Shown here: positions 10,120 through 19,691 of the stretch, piece by piece
Layout: each line of letters opens with the position of its first letter
Numbering within the stretch: the first letter of the stretch is position 1
Source of the DNA: Christensenellales bacterium
Lineage (GTDB): Bacteria > Bacillota > Clostridia > Christensenellales > CAG-138
DNA length: 64,000 nucleotides
Assembly (NCBI GenBank): GCA_040767925.1
Contig: JAXGNN010000003.1
Coordinates: 323,267 to 387,266, forward strand
Reading direction: 5' to 3'
Program-made: the position numbers and the translations under genes
The notes under the pieces: model-generated
Told to the model about the DNA's origin: nothing
What the model saw: only the letters and a program-made list of their open reading frames with translations
Databases searched by the model: none

Positions 10120-12498
10120 TTATACAATGGGCTTTCGGATTTTCGGCAGATGCCAGATCTCCTCGGCGTACTGCTTGACCGCCCGGTCGGAGGAGAACTT
10201 CCCCGCGCTCGCGACGTTCATCAGGCACCTGCGGCCAAAGGAGACGGCGTCCTGATAGTCGCGGTTGGCGCGCAGCTTCGCGTCGATGTAGGGCATGAGG
10301 TCGAGGAGCACGAAATACTGGTCGGGCGCGTGCCACTCGGCGCCGAAGAGGATGGAATTATAGATTTCGTTGAACGCGCCCGTGCCGCTGTCGGAAAGCG
10401 CGCCGTTCACGAGCGTGTCCATGACGCGGCGGATGCGCGCGTCCCCGTCGTACATGCCCTTGGGGTTGTAGATCGGCCGGACGCGCGCGATGTCCTCCAC
10501 GCGCGCGCCGAAGATATAGTTGTTGTCGAGGCCGGCCTGCTCGACGATCTCGATGTTCGCGCCGTCGTAGGTGCCGAGCGTCACCGCTCCGTTTAGCATC
10601 AGCTTCATGTTGCCCGTGCCGGAAGCCTCCGTGCCCGCGGGCGAAATCTGCTCGGAAACGTCCGCCGCAGGGATGATGCGCTCCGCGTAGGAGCAGTTGT
10701 AGTTCTGCACGAACACCACGCGCATCACATCCCGCATCGCGGGGTCGGAGTTTATGAGCTTCGCGATCTCGTTGATGTACTTGATGACGCACTTGGCGCG
10801 CAGATACCCCGGCGCGGCCTTCGCGCCGAAGATGAAAGCGGTGGGCGTGAAGTCCCGGAGGCTCCCGTCCTTGATCGAATAGTAGATGTCGAGGATCGAG
10901 AAGGCGTTCATGAGCTGCCGCTTGTATTCGTGCATGCGCTTGACCTGCACGTCGAAGAGGAAGTCCACGGGCAGCGACACGCCTTCGTTCGCGAGCACGA
11001 CGGAGGCGAGCTGGCGCTTCTTCTGGCGCTTGACGTCGATGAAGCGCGCGATCAGATCCTCGTCGATATGCTCGCGCAGCCCGCCGATCTCGTTGAGATC
11101 GGTAATGAAGGAATCCCCGATGCGCTCGGCGACGAGGCCCGTCAGCTCAGGGTTGCACAGGCCGAGGAAGCGGCGCTGGGTGATGCCGTTCGTCTTGTTC
11201 TGGAAGCGCTGCGGATACGCGGCGTACCAGTCGGCGAAAACGTCGTTCTTTAAAATATCGCTGTGGATCTTCGCGACGCCGTTGACGTAGCTCGAGGCGT
11301 AGACCGCGAGGCGCGCCATATGGATGGTGTTGTCGGAGACGATCTGCATGCGCCGCCTGCGCTCCTCGGAAACGCCCATGGGGCGCAGCTCCGCGTTGAG
11401 CGAGTCGTTAAGCCGGCAGACGATGCCCGTAAGCTCCGGCAAAACGCCGTTGAAGAGGTCGACATCCCACTTCTCCAGCGCCTCCGCCATGATGGTGTGG
11501 TTCGTGAAGCTGAAGGTGTTGCGCGCGACGTTGAACGCCGCGTCGAACTCCATCCCCTCGCGCATGAGAAGCCGGATCAGCTCCGGGATGGCGACGGTCG
11601 GGTGCGTGTCGTTGAGCTGAATCGCGCAGTGCGCGGCGAAGCCGGAAAGGTCGCTCCCCCGAACGCGCTTGTAGCGGCGGATGATATCCTGCAGCGTGGC
11701 GCTCGAGAGGAAATACTGCTGCTTGAGCCGCAGGCGCTTCCCCGCCGGCGTGCTGTCGTTGGGATAAAGCACGCGCGTGATGTCCTCCGCGGCGTTTTTG
11801 GCGCGCACGGCGAGCGCGTACTCCTGATCGTTGAAAAGCCTGAAGTCGAGCTCCTCGACCGATTCGCTCTGCCAGAGGCGCAGCGTACCCACGTTGGCCG
11901 TGCCGTAGCCGATGATGGGCATGTCGTAGGGCACCGCGAGCACCCTCTCGCCGGCGAAGGCCACCTCGACGGTCTTATCGTCCCGCCTGCGGCTCCAAGG
12001 GTCGCCGTAGCGCTGCCAGTCGTCCGCCCTCTCGACCTGAAAGCCGTCCTCGAACGTCTGCCGGAACAGGCCGCATTTATAGCGCAATCCGTATCCGTCG
12101 ATGGGCAGGTCGTGCGTCGCCGCGCTCTCGAGGTAACAGGCGGCCAGCCTGCCGAGACCGCCGTTGCCGAGCGCCGCGTCGTCGATCTCCTCCATGCAGG
12201 CGATGTCCGCGCCGCGCTCGCGCAAAAGCGCGCCGATCTCGTCGCGTATGCCCAGGTTGTATAAATTCGAAAAAACCATCCTGCCCATCAGGTATTCGGC
12301 GGACAGGTAATAGGCCCGCCGCACGCTCTCGTGCGCCCGGCGGCTCTCGCGCCACATGGGCGCCATCTCGAGCATAACGGCGTTTGCGAGCGCGTTATGC
12401 AGCTGCACCGTGGTCGCCTGATGAAGTTCTATCTGGTAGGCGCCGGAAAGTTCCTCCTCCGCGCGCCGGATGATCCTGTTGCAGTCGAGCCTGCCCAT
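10120..12498 (-). CDS. glgP: Glycogen/maltodextrin phosphorylase
   Basis: 792 aa with the pyridoxal-phosphate lysine motif EASGTGNMKLMLNGA. Confidence 0.93.
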   Translation of the reverse strand: MGRLDCNRIIRRAEEELSGAYQIELHQATTVQLHNALANAVMLEMAPMWRESRRAHESVRRAYYLSAEYLMGRMVFSNLYNLGIRDEIGALLRERGADIACMEEIDDAALGNGGLGRLAACYLESAATHDLPIDGYGLRYKCGLFRQTFEDGFQVERADDWQRYGDPWSRRRDDKTVEVAFAGERVLAVPYDMPIIGYGTANVGTLRLWQSESVEELDFRLFNDQEYALAVRAKNAAEDITRVLYPNDSTPAGKRLRLKQQYFLSSATLQDIIRRYKRVRGSDLSGFAAHCAIQLNDTHPTVAIPELIRLLMREGMEFDAAFNVARNTFSFTNHTIMAEALEKWDVDLFNGVLPELTGIVCRLNDSLNAELRPMGVSEERRRRMQIVSDNTIHMARLAVYASSYVNGVAKIHSDILKNDVFADWYAAYPQRFQNKTNGITQRRFLGLCNPELTGLVAERIGDSFITDLNEIGGLREHIDEDLIARFIDVKRQKKRQLASVVLANEGVSLPVDFLFDVQVKRMHEYKRQLMNAFSILDIYYSIKDGSLRDFTPTAFIFGAKAAPGYLRAKCVIKYINEIAKLINSDPAMRDVMRVVFVQNYNCSYAERIIPAADVSEQISPAGTEASGTGNMKLMLNGAVTLGTYDGANIEIVEQAGLDNNYIFGARVEDIARVRPIYNPKGMYDGDARIRRVMDTLVNGALSDSGTGAFNEIYNSILFGAEWHAPDQYFVLLDLMPYIDAKLRANRDYQDAVSFGRRCLMNVASAGKFSSDRAVKQYAEEIWHLPKIRKPIV

Positions 12499-12634
12499 CT
12501 TTAAACACCTTTCAACAATGTTTGCACGGGTTCTATTTTAGCATGCTTCGCTGCCTTTCGCAATAAAATTCACTTAATCGTTTAAGCGGCGATTTTATCC
12601 GACAAAACAATCAATAAACCGACTTACTTTATCC

Positions 12635-12663
12635 TTGACAGAAATTCCCTCCCGCCTCATACT
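12635..12663 (+). promoter_or_regulatory. Putative sigma-A promoter of the MarR gene
   Basis: TTGACA-17 nt-CATACT. The TTG that opens track ORF 12635 is the -35 hexamer itself. Confidence 0.45.
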
Positions 12664-12700
12664 GTTATATGTGGATACTGTGCGATTGGAGATGAAAACG

Positions 12701-13153
12701 ATGGCGGTCAGCAGCATTTACGCCGACGCGGGCGCGGAGTTCCGCTCGCTCTTCCATACCTACAACGCCTGCATGCAGCGCATGCTCAGCAAGTACGGGC
12801 TCTATCCCGGCCAGCCGCAGATGCTCTTCGCGATCAGGCGCCTGCAGAACCCCACCCAGAACGAGCTTGCGGCCGAGCTCAACGTGAGCAAGGCGAGCGC
12901 GGGCGTATCGCTTCGAAGGCTTGAGGCCGCGGGTTTCGTCAAGCGCATCCGGGACAAGAAGGATACGCGCTGTGTGCGCATCGCGCTCACGCCCAAGGGT
13001 CTCGAGTACGCGCGCTGGTGCGACATCGATTTCGAGGTGATCTTCACCACTCTTTTGGAGGATTTCACGGGGGACGGGCGCGACCAGGCGCTCAACACCG
13101 TGCGCAGGATGAACAAAAGCCTCACCTCCCTCAGGGAAAGGCTGGAAAGCTGA
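12701..13153 (+). CDS. MarR family transcriptional regulator
   Basis: Winged-helix region NELAAELNVSKASAGVSLRRLEAAGFVKRIRDKKDTRCVRIALTPKG. Start set to ATG 12701, 8 nt after GGAG. Confidence 0.8.
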   Translation: MAVSSIYADAGAEFRSLFHTYNACMQRMLSKYGLYPGQPQMLFAIRRLQNPTQNELAAELNVSKASAGVSLRRLEAAGFVKRIRDKKDTRCVRIALTPKGLEYARWCDIDFEVIFTTLLEDFTGDGRDQALNTVRRMNKSLTSLRERLES

Positions 13154-13169
13154 AGGATAAACCTAAAAC

Positions 13170-13216
13170 GCCGCGTCCCATTACGGACGCGGCTATTGTT
13201 GTTTGCCGTTTTTTAT
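13170..13216. terminator. Bidirectional terminator between marR and ansA
   Basis: GCCGCGTCC-cattac-GGACGCGGC (9-bp stem), with T-rich runs on both strands. Confidence 0.7.
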
Positions 13217-13219
13217 TGA

Positions 13220-14203
13220 TTACAGGCTGATTTCCCCGCAAAGGTCGCTTTGCATGATGCGGCGCACTCCCTCGATCTCTCCCGTGTGGCCGAGCGCGTA
13301 CATCAGCTTCGTCACGGCGGCCTCCGTGGTCATGTCGCGCGCGGAGATCACGCCCGCCTCGCGCAAAGGCCCCGACACCTCGTAGATGTCGGGAGAGCTC
13401 GCCTCATAGAGGCATTGGGATGCGAGCAGCACGGGAATGCCCGCGCTGATGAGCTTTTTGATGCTCACCGCGTGGTCGCGCCTGAAATTGTGCACGCCGC
13501 CGAGGCCGAACGCCTCCACGACGACACCCTTCGCCCCGCAGTCGATCAGGCATTCGATGGTCGAGGGCATCGCGCCGGGGATGAGCTTCACGAGCGCCAC
13601 GCGCGGCTCGATATCCAGGAAAAACGCATGCTTCCCGCACGGCGGCCGGACGGGGGCGACCCGCCTGAAAGCGCCGTCCTCGAAGACCGCGATGTCGGGC
13701 GAGTTGATCGATTCGAACGCGTTGTAGCTCATGGTGCGGGTTTTGACCGCGCGGCAGCCCTTGATGACATGCTTTCCGAAGCAGATGTATACCCCGCCCT
13801 CGAGCCTGCCCGCCGCCTCGATCGCCTCCCTGAGGTTGTCGGGCCCGTCGGAGCCGTCCGCGGCGATCGGCTTCTGCGCGCCCGTGAGCACCACGGGCAC
13901 GGGGAGGTTCAGGAGCATGAAAGAGAGCATGGACGCCGTGTACGCCATGGTGTCCGTGCCGTGGGTGATGACGACGCCGTCGAAATCCCGCGCGGACTTG
14001 TTTGCTTTCTCCGCGATGCGGCACCATTCCTCGGGCTGTATGTTGGACGAATCCATGCTGAACAGGTCGACGCAGTCGATCCCGGCATCCTGCGCGCCGA
14101 TGAAGCTTAAAAGCTCCTTCGCGCCGAGCGTGGGCATGAGGCCGAACGGCCCGGGCGTGCAGGCGATGGTGCCTCCGGTTGAAATCAGGCGAAGCTTTTT
14201 CAC
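13220..14203 (-). CDS. ansA: L-asparaginase, type I
   Basis: LISTGGTIAC and HGTDTMAYTAS motifs. The start is GTG 14203, overlapping the upstream TGA (GTGA). The track's 5' extension to 14422 is Arg/Pro-rich junk that overlaps the upstream gene. Confidence 0.88.
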   Translation of the reverse strand: MKKLRLISTGGTIACTPGPFGLMPTLGAKELLSFIGAQDAGIDCVDLFSMDSSNIQPEEWCRIAEKANKSARDFDGVVITHGTDTMAYTASMLSFMLLNLPVPVVLTGAQKPIAADGSDGPDNLREAIEAAGRLEGGVYICFGKHVIKGCRAVKTRTMSYNAFESINSPDIAVFEDGAFRRVAPVRPPCGKHAFFLDIEPRVALVKLIPGAMPSTIECLIDCGAKGVVVEAFGLGGVHNFRRDHAVSIKKLISAGIPVLLASQCLYEASSPDIYEVSGPLREAGVISARDMTTEAAVTKLMYALGHTGEIEGVRRIMQSDLCGEISL

Positions 14204-15393
14204 GAAGCCGTCTCCCCCCACCCCCGCGTATACCCGTCCACCGCGCGGGCGAGGCGCTCGAGGGATTCCAAAAGCGTCTTTCTCGGCAGGGCGACGTTTA
14301 CGCGGGCGAAGCCCGAGCCGCCGAGGCCGAACCATTCCCCCATCATCAGGGATAGCCCGGCGCTTTCGCAAAGATCCCTCAGTTCGGGGTCGGAAAGGCC
14401 GAGCGCGCGCATGTCGACCCACGCGAGGTAGGTCCCCTCCGCGCGGACGCAGCTCAAGAGAGGGAGTCTCTTTTCAATGAAATCGTACAGGCAGGCGAAG
14501 TTCTCCGCGAGATACGCGTTGAGCGCGTCGAGCCAGCCGTCGCACTCCGTATGCGCGGCGATGGAGGCCGCGCGGGCGAAATAATTGAGGCCGAGCGCGT
14601 TGTCGATTTCCTGCCGCGCGGCGAACCTTTGCCGCAGCCCGGCGTCCGGTATGACGATATCCGAGCAGGCGAGTCCCGCGAGGTTGAAGGTTTTGCTCAT
14701 CGCCATGCAGACGACGCAGTTGTGTTTCGCCGCGGGGACGTTGAGCATCGAGGCGTGCCGATGGCCCGGGAAGACGATGTCCGCATGGATCTCGTCCGAA
14801 ACGATGGCGACGCCGTGCGACGCGCAGATGGAAGCGAGCCGCGCGAGCTCGTCCTCAGACCACACGCGCCCCGCGGGGTTGTGCGGGCTGCAGAGAATGA
14901 AGAGCTTCGCCTCCTCGCGCGCGCAGAGGCGCTCGAACTCGGAAAAGTTGATCTCATAGCGGCCGTTCGTGAGGATGAGCTGGTTTAGAAGCGGCTTCCT
15001 GCCGTTGATTTCGATGGCCTCGAGGAAGGGGGCGTATACGGGCGGCTGTATGACGATCGCGTCGCCCGGATTTGTCAGCGCGCGGATCGCGACGCCGAGC
15101 GCGCTGACGACCCCGTTGGTGACGAGCAGCCACTCCCGCTCGATCTCGCAGCCGTGCCTTCTTTTGAGAAAGCCCGCGACCGCCTCGCAATACGCGCCGT
15201 CGGCGTGCGTATAGCCGTAAACGCCGTGATCCGCCGCGCGCTTCACCGCCGCCGTAACCTCGGGCGGGCAGCGGAATTCCATGTCCGCGACGGAAAGCGG
15301 CACATAGCCCGCCTCCTTCACCGCCTTGGCTCTATGTTCCCACTTGGACGAGCCTGTGCCCGTCCGGTCCACGAATGCGTCGAAATCGTACAT
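14200..15393 (-). CDS. MalY/PatB-type PLP-dependent C-S lyase (cystathionine beta-lyase/aminotransferase class I-II)
   Basis: N-terminus YDFDAFVDRTGTGSSKWEH and PLP-lysine context MAMSKTFNLAG. Start ATG 15393, 8 nt after AGGAG. Confidence 0.8.
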   Translation of the reverse strand: MYDFDAFVDRTGTGSSKWEHRAKAVKEAGYVPLSVADMEFRCPPEVTAAVKRAADHGVYGYTHADGAYCEAVAGFLKRRHGCEIEREWLLVTNGVVSALGVAIRALTNPGDAIVIQPPVYAPFLEAIEINGRKPLLNQLILTNGRYEINFSEFERLCAREEAKLFILCSPHNPAGRVWSEDELARLASICASHGVAIVSDEIHADIVFPGHRHASMLNVPAAKHNCVVCMAMSKTFNLAGLACSDIVIPDAGLRQRFAARQEIDNALGLNYFARAASIAAHTECDGWLDALNAYLAENFACLYDFIEKRLPLLSCVRAEGTYLAWVDMRALGLSDPELRDLCESAGLSLMMGEWFGLGGSGFARVNVALPRKTLLESLERLARAVDGYTRGWGETAS

Positions 15394-15459
15394 GTACGAA
15401 GCTCCTTTTTTCATATCAGCATTATTTTAGCATAACCCTTTCAAAAGGCAATAAGCGCG

Positions 15460-15488
15460 TTGCGCAGCTTTGGCGAAATTGGTATAAT
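15460..15488 (+). promoter_or_regulatory. Putative sigma-A promoter of the MFS transporter gene
   Basis: TTGCGC-17 nt-TATAAT, 40 nt upstream of ATG 15528. Confidence 0.45.
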
Positions 15489-15527
15489 ATATATCAACAC
15501 ATCCATTCCATCACCCGGAGGTAAAAA

Positions 15528-16913
15528 ATGAAGCTCAATTATAAACGGACCTTCCTCGTGGGCCTGGCCTTCTTTTCCATTTCAGCGTTCTGGCAGATGT
15601 ATGATTTTGTCATCCCCCTGATTCTGCGGGATACATATGCGCTGAACAATAAAGATTCCGGCCTCGTGATGGGTTTGGATAATCTGCTCGCCTTGTTCCT
15701 GCTGCCGCTGTTCGGCGCTTTGTCAGACAAGAAGGGAACGCGTATGCCCTTTATCGTGTTCGGCACGGCGGTCGCGTCCGTCATCATGATGTTCATCCCC
15801 ATTTTGCAGAACAACACCGTGACGCTCTCCCAATCCGCAGCCACCTCCCTGATTTCGCTTGTTCCGGCATGGCAGGGCAGCTTCGCGCTCGTGTCCCAGA
15901 TCATATCGCTGGCATTCTTCTTCCTCGTGCTTGGCGCGTTGCTCGTTTCGATGGGCGTCTACCGTTCCCCCGCCGTCGCGCTGATGGCGGATGTGACGCC
16001 AAAGCCGCTTCGCAGCCAGGGCAACGCGGTCATCAACCTCATGGGCGCGTTCGGCGGCGTTTACACGCTTGGCATGATACAGTTCGCCGTCAGGAAGAAC
16101 CCGGACGGCAGCATGAACTACCTCTTCCTTTTCCTTGCGGTGGCGCTTCTGATGGTAACGGCGGTCGGCATACTGCTGGCAACGCTTCGGGAAAAGAAGC
16201 TCGTTCAGGAGATGAAGGACATCAACTACGGCGTATCCCCGGAGGAAGACCAGGGCAAAGCGGAGATCATCGGTGGCAAGGAAAAACTGCCCGCGCCGGT
16301 TTTCGTAAGCCTCCTACTGATACTTGGGACGATCGGCCTCTGGTTCCTGGGCTATAACGCGGTGACGACGTTCTTCTCGCGTTACGCAACGGAAATCTGG
16401 GTAACCGGCGACGAAGGGCTCAGCCAGGCTTCACGCTGCCTGATGGTGGCGACCATCGCCGCAGTGCTTTCCTATATGCCTATCAGCTTTTTGAGCGCAA
16501 AGCTCGGCCGCAAGAATATGATCCGGATCAGGCTGATCGTCGCAGCCGCCTGCTTTGCCTTCGCGACCTTCTATGCGGGCGAATTCACGTTCTTCCTCTA
16601 CATCGTGTTCGCGATCGTCGGCTTCGCGCAGGCATCCGTCACGGTCAACACCTTCCCGATGGTGTGGGAGATCAGCCGCGTGGGCAACGTGGGCAAATAT
16701 ACAGGATTTTATTACACCGTTTCCATGGCGGTGCAGACCGTAACGCCGTTCATCGTGGGCATATTCCTCGATTGGCTCGGCTATCGCGCGCTCTTCCCCT
16801 ACGGCTTCCTGTTCGTGCTGCTCGCGCTCATCCCCATCAGCCTCGCCAAGCACGGCGACAACAAGCCCGTCCCCCCTAAGAAGAAGCTCGAGGCGTTCGA
16901 CGTGGACGATTGA
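15528..16913 (+). CDS. MFS transporter (GPH/SLC45-like)
   Basis: 461 aa with about 12 hydrophobic segments and a central hydrophilic loop. GGAGG RBS. Confidence 0.75.
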   Translation: MKLNYKRTFLVGLAFFSISAFWQMYDFVIPLILRDTYALNNKDSGLVMGLDNLLALFLLPLFGALSDKKGTRMPFIVFGTAVASVIMMFIPILQNNTVTLSQSAATSLISLVPAWQGSFALVSQIISLAFFFLVLGALLVSMGVYRSPAVALMADVTPKPLRSQGNAVINLMGAFGGVYTLGMIQFAVRKNPDGSMNYLFLFLAVALLMVTAVGILLATLREKKLVQEMKDINYGVSPEEDQGKAEIIGGKEKLPAPVFVSLLLILGTIGLWFLGYNAVTTFFSRYATEIWVTGDEGLSQASRCLMVATIAAVLSYMPISFLSAKLGRKNMIRIRLIVAAACFAFATFYAGEFTFFLYIVFAIVGFAQASVTVNTFPMVWEISRVGNVGKYTGFYYTVSMAVQTVTPFIVGIFLDWLGYRALFPYGFLFVLLALIPISLAKHGDNKPVPPKKKLEAFDVDD

Positions 16914-16968
16914 GGTTTTTCCACAAAGGCTCCGCCGATTGGGCGAATACTCATATGATGGGAATCCG

Positions 16969-17013
16969 AGAACGTCGACGATCCGCCTTTCTCAGACAGG
17001 CCGTCGACGTTCT
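16969..17013. other. Perfect 12-bp inverted repeat (AGAACGTCGACG ... CGTCGACGTTCT) with a 21-nt spacer
   Basis: Seen directly in the MFS-methyltransferase intergenic region. There is no adjoining T-run. Confidence 0.6.
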
Positions 17014-17051
17014 ATGCGAATCATTCCGGCTTCATACAAGGAGGATCCTCC

Positions 17052-17603
17052 ATGAACATCGTGATAAACAAAGGACTGCAGGGAAGCATCCTTGATGTTG
17101 GCGGCGGCGGCGAAGGCGTTATCGGGCGGGTGTACGGCGGGCAGGTCGTCGCGATCGATAATCGCCAGGAAGAGCTTGACGAAGCGCCCGACGGATTCGA
17201 GAAAATGCTCATGGACGCGGCATGCCTTGATTTTTCGGATGAGCGTTTCGATCATGTCACCTTCTTCTATTCGCTGATGTACATGGGAAGGGAAACGCAG
17301 AAAAAGGCAATCGGCGAAGCCGCCCGGGTGCTTTGTGCGGGCGGCAGCCTCCACATTTGGGACGCGGAAATCCGGCTCGCATATCCGGAGCCATTCGTCG
17401 CCGAACTCGATATCGACGCATCCGGCGATCCGATTCACACCGCATATGGAATCGTAAAATACGACGCGGCGCAGGACAGCAATACCTTCATTCACCTTTG
17501 TCAGGCACAGGACCTGCATATAAGCGCCGCCCGTTCCGAAGAAGGCCACTTTTACCTGCGCTTCACAAAAGGCGCCGGACGCTCAGAGCAGGCAATTGAG
17601 TAA
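17052..17603 (+). CDS. Class I SAM-dependent methyltransferase
   Basis: Motif I ILDVGGGGEG, then AIDNRQEELDE and FDHVTFFYSLMYM. AAGGAGG RBS. Confidence 0.75.
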   Translation: MNIVINKGLQGSILDVGGGGEGVIGRVYGGQVVAIDNRQEELDEAPDGFEKMLMDAACLDFSDERFDHVTFFYSLMYMGRETQKKAIGEAARVLCAGGSLHIWDAEIRLAYPEPFVAELDIDASGDPIHTAYGIVKYDAAQDSNTFIHLCQAQDLHISAARSEEGHFYLRFTKGAGRSEQAIE

Positions 17604-17669
17604 ACCATAGCCTTCCTGCGAACACCCACGGTCAGACAAGGCATGGAGAACCTTCTATAACATGAAACG

Positions 17670-17714
17670 GAGAAGCACTTTTGGAAATCAACCGCAAGTG
17701 CTTCTCTATTTTAT
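17670..17714 (+). terminator. Rho-independent terminator of the methyltransferase gene
   Basis: GAGAAGCACTT-15 nt loop-AAGTGCTTCTC followed by TATTTTAT. Confidence 0.75.
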
Positions 17715-17724
17715 GTAATCCGGT

Positions 17725-17736
17725 AGCAAATTGAAG
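17725..17736. repeat. Left copy of the 12-bp direct repeat AGCAAATTGAAG flanking an AT-rich patch
   Basis: An identical 12-mer occurs again at 18325-18336. The first copy is part of an imperfect inverted repeat TTGAAGTTCGCCA...TGGCAACTTCAA. Confidence 0.5.
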
Positions 17737-17908
17737 TTCGCCAGCTTCGCTTTATGCTCATAATGGGCTGATTGGCAACTTCAACTTAAACTAGCCATTA
17801 TAAACATAATGCGAATTTGGTTCACCTGCGTATTTTAAGTGCCAATATATCGTCAGAACCAGAGGGTGAATAGAACAAGCAGAAATCACTGCGCACTACA
17901 ATGATATT

Positions 17909-18151
17909 TTACCGTTCAATAACGATTGTACACTCTGTCGCTAAAGCCGTAATCGTTGCAACGGCGGCAAAAATAGGAGCTAATGCGATACCGACTACGC
18001 CGACGGTTAATGGAAAGCTTAGAATTTCCTTATGATCTTTATCCATTATTGTAACTTTTCTCGCGTTCCCTTCACGGATGATTTCCTTGATCTTTTCCAT
18101 CAAGTCTTCACCATTTATCCTAAACTCTTCTGTTTTCTTTTCCTCGTTCAT
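17909..18151 (-). CDS. DUF4342-like small membrane-associated protein
   Basis: MNEEKKTEEFRINGEDLMEKIKEIIREGNARKVTIMDKDHKEILSFPLTVGVVGIALAPIFAAVATITALATECTIVIER. Start ATG 18151 after AGGAGG. It lies in an AT-rich patch. Confidence 0.65.
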   Translation of the reverse strand: MNEEKKTEEFRINGEDLMEKIKEIIREGNARKVTIMDKDHKEILSFPLTVGVVGIALAPIFAAVATITALATECTIVIER

Positions 18152-18324
18152 AATACCTGCCTCCTTGATTTTGACGAGTTTCCCATTATGGTACAAATCT
18201 ACCATTGGGTGAACCGCGTGTTATTGCTATTATATAGCATTCGCAAGCAAATCAATAGATTCCCATTATATAAATAATCCGCAGTTCAAAACTGTCCGAC
18301 AAACTCCATTTATCTACGTTAGAC

Positions 18325-18336
18325 AGCAAATTGAAG
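18325..18336. repeat. Right copy of the 12-bp direct repeat AGCAAATTGAAG
   Basis: Identical to 17725-17736. It sits where the composition returns to high GC. Confidence 0.5.
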
Positions 18337-18395
18337 CCATCACATAACGTGTGGATCAAATCAAGCAATAGAAGATGATGGATACTGTTCTGCTC

Positions 18396-19592
18396 TCAGC
18401 CGCAGAAATCCTCCGCGATGCCGATATAGGCGCGGTAGCTCCGCTCCATCGCCTCGAGGGTGATGTATTCCTCCTTCGAATGGGCGAACTCCATCCAGCC
18501 GGGGCCATAGACGACGACGGGCATCTTCGCGTAGTAAGCGATCAGGCCCGCGTCCGTCCAGCACGGACAGCCGATGAGCTCGGCCTCGGTTCCGAGCGCC
18601 TTCTCGAAGCCGCGCTTGACGCTTTGTATGAACGGGTCGCCCGGGTCCTGGATGAAGCCCTGGTGCACATAGCCCTTTTCCATGACGCTCGACTCGAGCA
18701 CCTTCATCGTGCACTTGAAGTCCGGGTCCTCGGCGGCAAGATCGTCGAGGATCGCCTGCAGCTCCGCGCAGCAGGATTCATACGTTTCAAGCCGCGGCAT
18801 GAAGCGCCGGTCGAGCTGCACATAGCACTCCCCCGCGACGGTGGAAAGCTGCGTGCCGCCGTGTATGACGCCGATGTTCATCGTGCTCTCCCCGACGAGC
18901 GGGAGCGCGCGCTTCTCAAGCTCCGGCGCGAGGCGCTCGTTGACCGCGTCGATGAATTTGACCGCCTTGAATATGGCGTTTACGCCCTCCTTGTAAGCGC
19001 CCCCGTGCACCGTGCGCCCCTTGAAATCGAACTGGTACCACTCGAGCCCCTTCTGGACGATGGCGATCTTATCCCGGCCAAGCGGCTCGCCGACCACGGC
19101 GGCGTCCGCGCGGATGCCGTCCTCGATCATATGGATGGCGCCGAGGCTCCCCTCCTCTTCGTCGGCCACGGCGCAGTAGAGCACGTCGCCTTTTAGCTGT
19201 GCGCCGCTGCGCTTGATGGCGATGAGCGCCGCCATCATGACTGCGAGGGGGCCCTTCATGTCGGAGGTGCCGCGCCCGTGGATCTTCCCTTCCCCGTCCA
19301 TCCACGGCTCAAAGGCCTTCTCCATGCCGTAGGCGGGGACGGTGTCCATATGGCCGTTGAACATGAGCGACTTGCCGCCGCCCGTGCCGCGAAGGGTCGC
19401 GTACACGTTGCACCGGCCGTCGCGCAGCGGCGCGATGCGGCACTCGATGCCCTCCCCGTCGAACACGCCCTTTAGATACCTTCCCACCTCTGCCTCCTGG
19501 TTCGCAAGGCCGCTGTAGGAGGGGATCGAAACGAGGTCCGTCATCCACTTCAGGATTTCTTCCGGTTTGACAAATTCAGATATGCTTTTCAT
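18396..19592 (-). CDS. M20 family metallopeptidase (ArgE/DapE/acetylornithine deacetylase-like)
   Basis: 398 aa with FNGHMDTVP and AVADEEEGSLGA metal-ligand motifs. Confidence 0.8.
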   Translation of the reverse strand: MKSISEFVKPEEILKWMTDLVSIPSYSGLANQEAEVGRYLKGVFDGEGIECRIAPLRDGRCNVYATLRGTGGGKSLMFNGHMDTVPAYGMEKAFEPWMDGEGKIHGRGTSDMKGPLAVMMAALIAIKRSGAQLKGDVLYCAVADEEEGSLGAIHMIEDGIRADAAVVGEPLGRDKIAIVQKGLEWYQFDFKGRTVHGGAYKEGVNAIFKAVKFIDAVNERLAPELEKRALPLVGESTMNIGVIHGGTQLSTVAGECYVQLDRRFMPRLETYESCCAELQAILDDLAAEDPDFKCTMKVLESSVMEKGYVHQGFIQDPGDPFIQSVKRGFEKALGTEAELIGCPCWTDAGLIAYYAKMPVVVYGPGWMEFAHSKEEYITLEAMERSYRAYIGIAEDFCG

Positions 19593-19691
19593 ATTGCGCT
19601 CCTTTCGCGCGGTTCGTGATGTGAACGCCGAAGGCGGCTCCCGCGACGGGAAGCCGGAAAAGAAAGGCTGACATGGAAAAACCAGCCGCTG

